Assembly (NCBI RefSeq): GCF_006345805.1
Contig: NC_043003.1
Location: 109,926,001 to 109,990,000, forward strand
DNA: 64,000 nt
Direction: 5' to 3'
DNA from: Octopus sinensis
Taxonomy: Eukaryota
The notes under the pieces are model-generated. The model was not told the origin of the DNA, searched no databases, and worked only from the letters and a program-made list of their open reading frames with translations. Positions 56,169 through 64,000 of the stretch are shown one piece after another (the stretch's first letter is position 1; every line of letters begins with the position of its first letter). A program made the translations under genes and the position numbers.

Positions 56169-56816
56169 CATGCTTTTCTGTGACCATACGCGTGTTTACT
56201 TTCAACGCGTGTTTACTTTCAAAAATTCTACACACTGAGATTTGAACACAATTCTACACACTGAGATTTGAAAATGCGCAAATAATCATCGATCAAAGCA
56301 CTTTAAAATGCATGTGATTAACCGGTTAGCTGAATACAAATGCATCTAGGCAAGTATAGCTAATTAAGACTATATATTGCATTGGTGAATATATCATGGA
56401 TTGTATAAGTATGCATTTATATATATTGATTTACAAAGGAAAAATATATACACACAAAAATATACACTCAGCAAAAGCATTCCCACAAACACACAAAGTG
56501 TTTGTAGGAATGCTTCTGTATAGATATGAGCGTACGTATATATATTTAACATACGTTTTGGTTAATATTTTGAGATAGAAAAATAACCTAAGTGTTAAAA
56601 GGGCAGAAAATGTGGTGAAAGCTTAACAAAGTAGATAAGAAAATCTCTTCTAACAATGTCCTCCAACCATCATTATAAACATGATAAAATATATCTATCT
56701 ATCTTACTATCTATCTATCTATTTATGCTTGTATATAAATATATATATGTGTGTGTGTTTATATATATATAAATGTATATATACATATATGTATGTTTAT
56801 ATATATATAAATGTGT

Positions 56817-56868
<52 letters not shown>

Positions 56869-57506
56869 CATATATGTATATAAATATATATATATATATA
56901 TATATACATATATACACACGCACACACATACACTTGCACACACACATATATAGATATGTCAAACGTAGACAATTTCTGAGAGCACTCTCGGATGAGAACG
57001 TTTAACACGCTAATTGCAACATGAATATGTTAGCTACTAGAAGGCATTTTCTTTTGTCAGTTTGAAGATTGTAATTCTAGTACGAAAACTCCTAGAGCAG
57101 CATTGTGTTTTTACCAAAAAGCAAAATTAAAAGGAAAGGAAAGAAAAAAAGAAAAACTTTATTCATCTTAGGGTATACACACTTACGTTATTTGTGATTA
57201 ATGTGTGTTGCGAAAGTTAAAAGCACTAGAGGGCGATTAATGTTAATGTAATTTGCCGAGATAACATGCACTCTCACACACAACTAATTCCACAATTATA
57301 TATACGTTTACATTCGTATATACATAAAATGCACATTGACACAATAGCTACATACCGCTATAAGTATTCACACACTCACGCACACACACATACACAAATA
57401 TACTAGACAAACACACACATATATGCTACTTAAACAATGCCTATATATATATGCATATATCAGTACATCTTTGTTCTTATCTATCTATCCACAAATCTAA
57501 TCAGAC

Positions 57507-57553
<47 letters not shown>

Positions 57554-57732
57554 TGTGTGTGTGTGTGTGTGTGTATATCTGTATGTATATATGATAGATA
57601 TATACATATGCATAAACAAATATATATATACTTATACATATACATATATATATACCTATATATATATATACATATATACATATATGTGTATATATATACA
57701 CACTAACACACACACATATATATATATGCATA

Positions 57733-57773
<41 letters not shown>

Positions 57774-58721
57774 TATTATATACATACTAAGAACAAAGAA
57801 CACACGTGCAAAGCACACATACGCACGCACAACAGACACATGCATGCATTCATTGCTATGCATATTTCCAGTTCTACAACTGGTACTTATACACCCATAC
57901 ATATATTCATGAACTCTGACATACATCTGCGTTTACATATGTATGTGTGTATGCTAGATGTGATACCGTTACACATATCCATGTATACACGTACACTCAC
58001 ATACATACATACATACATACATAATACATACATACATACATACATACATAATACATACATACATAATACATACATACATACATACATACATACATACATA
58101 CATACATACATACCTACATACACATAGAGAATAGCAGGGACTGACTAATACAAGCCAGTTTTAATATGTATGCGCAGGCACGTATGTATGCATAGCTTTG
58201 TTTTAACGGTCATTTATTCCGCCTGTGCTCTGTATTTTCTTATTACAATCAGAAGTAGGTTTATATTCTGTATAGCAAAACGAAAATTACTTATCTTTCG
58301 GGTTTAATCAATTTATAAATATTAATACTTCACTTAACTAAACTCCAGACTATTGAAATACTGTTTGCTTTGTTAATATTCTTCCTGCATTCTTCACACA
58401 TTTTATCGCTGTGTTGTCTTTGACGTATGTGGTGGTAAAAGTAACATGCCAGAAATGAGTCAACGAGAAAACAAATGTTAAGGACAAACAAGTGAAATAA
58501 GAGGGAAAAATTCAATTTGTTGATGCCGTATATTTCGGAAGATAGGGGACGATAAAAGCACAGGATATGTAAACATAACAAAAACAATTAATCATTAGAA
58601 AGATGATTGAATAACACGAGAAGAAGGTCCACTCATTTATTTAATGCATTACGTATCTACATACACATTCACTCAGTCACACACACAAATACGTATAAAT
58701 GTATGTATGTCTATATGTAGG

Positions 58722-58778
<57 letters not shown>

Positions 58779-58782
58779 CATC

Positions 58783-58845
<63 letters not shown>

Positions 58846-59329
58846 TTATGTATGTCTGTATACATTATATATATTATATATATATATATATGCATATATA
58901 TGTATGTGTATATATTACATATATAATTTATTTATTTATTTATTTATCTATTATAGATATACAGAAAGCAAGGAAGAGATATATTTAACAAGTGTGCTGT
59001 CTTTATCTCTGCAGGATCGACCTTTCAATGTCGATTGCTCCTGGATAATTCTTCGAATTGACGTAGAAAAGTTTGTATCGAAGGGAGATAATTATTAGAA
59101 TGGAGAACGACTGAACTAAATCATTCACCTCATACAAAATATCTGGAGAAAATAGAGATACGAACATGATTACAAGTTAATATTTCTGGTTACAAGTATC
59201 TCGGGGCATTTGCTATTTTTTCTGATTGAACGTCGGCAAGACAAAAAGTTAACATATGGAATGCAAAATGAAATGATTGCTATTATTAGTAATAGTAGCA
59301 GCAACATCAGTCGTAGCGGTAAAAATTCT

Positions 59330-60344
59330 CTCTACTCTAGACACATAGGCCTGAAATATTGGGGTGGAGGTTATCGATGTAATCGACTCCAGTACTTAAC
59401 TGGTATTTATTTTGTCGACCTTAAAAGCATGACAGGCAAAGTCGAGCTCGGCGGATTTGAAGTCAGAACGCAAAGTCGTAAGAAATGTCTATTTCTTTAC
59501 TACCCACAAGAGGCTAAACACAGAGAAGACAAACAAGGATAGACAAACGGATTAAGTCGATTACATCGACCCCAGTGCGTAACTGGTACTTATTTAATTG
59601 ACCCAAAAGGGATGAAAGGCATAGTCGACCTCGGAGGAATTTGAACTCAAAACATAGCGGCAGACAAAATACCTATTTCTTTACTACCCACAAGGGCTAA
59701 ACAGAGAGGGAAAAAACAAGGACAGAGACACGGATTAAGTCGATTACATCGACCCCAGTGCGTAACTGGTACTTATTTAATCGACCCCTAAAGGATGAAA
59801 GGCAAAGTCGACTTCGACGGAATTTGAACTCAGAACGTAGCGGCCGACGAAATACCTATTTCTTTATTACCCAGAAGGGGCTAAACATAGAAGGGACAAA
59901 CAAGGTCAGACATAGGTATTAAGTCAATTACATCGACCCCAGTGCGTAACTGGTATTTAATTTATCGACCCCGAAAGGATGAAAGGCAAAGTCGACCTCG
60001 GCGGAATTTGAACTCAGAACGTAACGGCAGACGAAATACGGCTAAGCATTACGCCCGGCGTGCTAACGATTCTGCCAGCTGGCTGCCTTAGTCGTAGCAG
60101 TACTAATAACAATAATAATGGTTTCAAATTTTGCCACAAGAGCAGAAATGTTTTGGGGAGGAGATGAGTCGATTACATCAATCTCACTATTCAACTGGTA
60201 CTTATTTAATCGACCCCGAAAGGATAAAAAGCAAAGTCGACCTAGGCGGAATTTGAACTCAGAACGCAGCAGCAGACGAAATACCGTTAAGCATTTCGCC
60301 CAGCGTGCTAACAATTCTGCCAACTCGCCACCTTAATAATAATA

Positions 60345-60416
<72 letters not shown>

Positions 60417-60560
60417 TCTTTCTACAATAGGCACAAATCCTGAAATTTGGTCAAGTTGAATACATCGACTTCAGTGCTCAACTGGTACTTATTTCATCGA
60501 CCCCGAAAGGATGAAAGCGAGGTCTACCTCAGCGGTATTCGAACTGTGAGCGTAAATGCC
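59330..60560 (-). mobile_element. Cluster of six SINE copies including a head-to-tail array with ~183 bp period
   Basis: Units begin at 59490, 59674 and 59857 (tatttcttta.tacc); further copies at ~59330-59489, 60120-60333 and 60420-60560. Confidence 0.9.
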
Positions 60561-62459
60561 GGTAACGCTTGTTCTATTATCTTTTCATGGCATACAGGGG
60601 CATATTGAGTTCTACAGATGATTATTGGATGCCAGCATCTCTCTCCCCACCTTCATCTTCTGAGAGGTTAATTTACTATGGCTAGGCTGAAATGGAAAGT
60701 ATCTAAACTCACTCATTTCTGTTGCATCCACCATACTACTATTTTCCCCATAACAATCATACAGTAGAAAGTTGTCTGTCTGCCACAGCTAAAGGTAAGG
60801 CTGTTGAACGATGTTCCTGCTGGAATTTGCGACAACAGCTGTTTAGCAATATTTCAAAAATAATCAAGTCTTGGCTGATAGCATTTTCGTGCTTGTAGAG
60901 TTATTAGAAATCAATAATATCCACAACTGCAACCGCTACAAAGTCAGAGATTACTGGAAGTTATTTATAGTCAATGCGCCGAAGATCTTCTGGAAAAGAC
61001 CAGCTATTTGGATGTGGACCTCATTCGAATCTCTTCTTCATACAAGAATGGTGTCGCTCCACTCCACAGCTTACACACTAGATTGTTAATGTTGACATTG
61101 CGCTAACTTAACTTATAAAAACATGTATGCGCATGAAAAAGTTGCCGATGTCAGATGCCCAGGTGTGGTCTTCTCTCCGGCCAGGACTGGAGTTTCGCCA
61201 AAGAGACGAGCCGAGGGAAACACAGTCGTAACAAAAGTTGAGCGCATCTGTTCCCCATCGTGGAATTTCTGCGAATGTTACAATCCCATTTCAAGTCAAC
61301 TACAGCATACCAAGTCCTGTACAGGAAAGTGTTGATGGTGGTTGGACCGATTAACTAATGAGGCGCATTCCTTCAACAAGAATTGAAAGGACAGTTACTC
61401 CAAAAGCTTGACAGAAAAAAATACGGTAAAACATGACAGTTGTAAAATATAACAGAGAATCAATGTATTTGTTTTCTTTTTCTGCCGAATCTTTCATAAC
61501 AGCCATTTTATGTACTAAATTGACCAATCTGCTTATAAGTTCGGCCAAGTCTCAATCCATTTGGAGGTCCAAAAAATAACTAAGCAGCTTTACCAACCAG
61601 TTGATATCGCGTCGCATAATGCTTGTCTGTGATCTAGCATCAAGCATTATTAGCATTAAACAATGTAAAAATCCCTTACCATTTGGTCATATCGAAGACT
61701 ATAGTGCATATTTTCAATTTGATGCATAAAACATATGAGAAATAAAGTGTGTACTATTACGGACCGCCAAGAACAAGCCGAAACTTGCAGGCGATAATGA
61801 TACCCCAAATAAAATGCCTGAAAAATTGAAAATGCATAAATGAAAAAAACATAAGGAATATGTTCCCAAAATACATTCATATTTTACAACCGCACTCACC
61901 CAAATAATATTTCCACCGGTTAAACATAAAATATCTAATGATGAAGTAACTCCGATCTACAAATAATATTTCCATGTTGATAAAATGTCTTATTTTAAGC
62001 ATTCACAGTTATAATATATAGAAATAGAACAGTTTACTGGAAAGGACAGTAAGAGTACTGAAGAAAATTCAAATACAACAACAATCATTATAATCATTAA
62101 TATTGAGGATGCAATTCACGAACAAAATCAAAGCATATAATGCAAGAAATGAATAGGAGCACATTGCTTAAAATCTTAGAATACTTACAAAAGTCGAACA
62201 AGAATATCACAAAAGAATGTTCTAAAGTTCTGGGCCGAAATCCACTTCACTGTACCTTGAACAAGTGTCTTGTCATTTGGCATCGTGTGAATCAGATGAT
62301 TCTGCATGGACTTTGATAGACGAACTTGTGCAGGAACCTGCCAAACACACCACACACGCCACACACACACACACACACCACACACCACACCACACACAAA
62401 CACGCACACAAACACACACACGTATGTATAAATGTATATATATGAGTACATTTATACAG

Positions 62460-62507
<48 letters not shown>

Positions 62508-62899
62508 GTATTATATATGTGAGTGTGTCCGTGTGTGTTTGCGTATGCTCGTATATGTGTGTATGCTCATTTTTATGTGTGTGTTTACGTCTATATTGGC
62601 GTTGCTTATCATCTATAATTTTCCTTGGTATATTAGCAGCAGTTCGTAAAAATACAGATGATAAAATAACTACATAAATGTCATGCTAAAACAAGTGTTC
62701 GGGTCAATATGCCCGAATAATGCCCGAAGCCGGTTTCCCGCATTCCAATAACTGAAACCAGCAACGTAATAAAAGAATGGTAACGTTTCAACACATCTAA
62801 AGACGAGCATTTTGAATAACATAATAGGAAATAAGGCAAGGATGGAAATCATGAAAGAACTAAACTTGATAGAAATACCCTCTCAAAAATAATTGTCAA

Positions 62900-63705
62900 A
62901 AACGTAATAGAAAAACAAACAAATTTGGTAAACTTCGAGTTAGTGTAAGCAAATATGAACTTCAACATTTCCATGAAAATTGTATATGTGCAGGGGTCTC
63001 GATATAGCGAATCTGATTCGATATTTCTCCTTTGAATCTTCAGATAATAGTATATGAAAACGAGAGGAGCAACTAGAAACAAACATCTAGAGAGATGCAG
63101 AAAACAAAAAGAAAGACCTTTCAAATAGTAATGGTATCATTATAAAAGAGACGATTTGGGAAAAAACAGAGATATTTTATAAGGAAAGAAAATAAAATAT
63201 TTAAGAACGCCCAAAACGATAAAATTTCACAAAATAGCTAAATATTCAACGTTTTGAAAACGACAGCGACTCATTGTAGAAAATACAAAAATAATTTTAT
63301 GAAAAAAAAATATCTGAAAATTACAAAAGTCCACTTTGAGGAAAGAAGGAATATTGAAGAAATTTGTGTAAGAATGTGAACATAGAAAATTCGCCACAGG
63401 CGAGAATGCTTATATTAGCAAGTGCAGCATATGGCAAATTATCCCATAACACTACAAGATGAACCTCACATACTAGAAAAGAACTAGATAACATGACAAA
63501 CAGATACATTTCGAATCTTGTTCGAAATATCTAACAAGAACACAGAAACTGCAGGGAAAAGAATTGTGTGATTGACTGAAAATTGTAGAAAACATTGAAC
63601 ATAGGAAAACAAAGCAACCGAATGGCCTGACGGCAAGACAACTATCTCACGGATTTCCATAATAAACAGACAAAGAAACCATAAAAATTGCAACTGAATA
63701 ATCTG
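62900..63705 (+). mobile_element. Possible highly decayed R4/Dong-type ORF fragment
   Basis: Weak motifs (QK*FYE; TEWPDGKTTI resembling PEWLT.G.T.LI) abutting a (TAA)n tract. Confidence 0.3.
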
Positions 63706-63709
63706 GCAT

Positions 63710-63749
63710 GATAATAATAATAATAATAATGATAATAATAATAATAATG

Positions 63750-63786
<37 letters not shown>

Positions 63787-63793
63787 TAATAAT

Positions 63794-63852
<59 letters not shown>
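63710..63852. repeat. (TAA)n microsatellite
   Basis: direct. Confidence 0.95.
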
Positions 63853-64000
63853 GGACAGATGGCCTGAAATTTGGGTGGAGGGATTTAGTTGATTACATTG
63901 ACACCAGTGTTTTATTAGTATTACATCGACTGCGAAAAAAAAAATCTCATTCTACTATTGGTGCAGGGTCAGAAATTTTGGGGGTGGGGGATGGTCGATT

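Noticed and set aside
59490-60089. CRISPR-like regular array
   Set aside because: The units are whole SINE bodies without unique spacers; eukaryotic context and no cas genes
60590-61700. Higher-complexity stretch with several short ORFs
   Set aside because: No recognisable motif or continuous frame; probably an ancient repeat, unassignable without a search

Overview
AT-rich, repeat-saturated animal DNA. The density of (TA)n/(CA)n/(TATC)n/(TAA)n microsatellites and the SINE types suggest an octopus (coleoid cephalopod) intron or intergenic region; this is an inference. No intact host protein-coding gene is recognisable, and most ORF-track entries are microsatellite translations or antisense shadows of transposons. 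Retroelements present: a young 5'-truncated CR1-type LINE with one frameshift (5478-7231), Penelope-like RT remnants, R4/Dong-type RLE retrotransposon fragments and many tRNA-derived SINEs, including a head-to-tail array. DNA elements present: Tc1, maT and mariner remnants and MITEs, a FLYWCH-MULE remnant and a Helitron-like element. The most notable unexplained structure is RNA-level: (i) about ten type-I hammerhead-ribozyme-like motifs of different sequence families, mostly in Penelope-type inverted/direct repeats inside (TA)n tracts, one with a repeated variant core; (ii) several long fold-back palindromes; (iii) an isolated pre-miRNA-like hairpin at 47750-47827; (iv) a tentative chain of minus-strand splice-flanked exon candidates.
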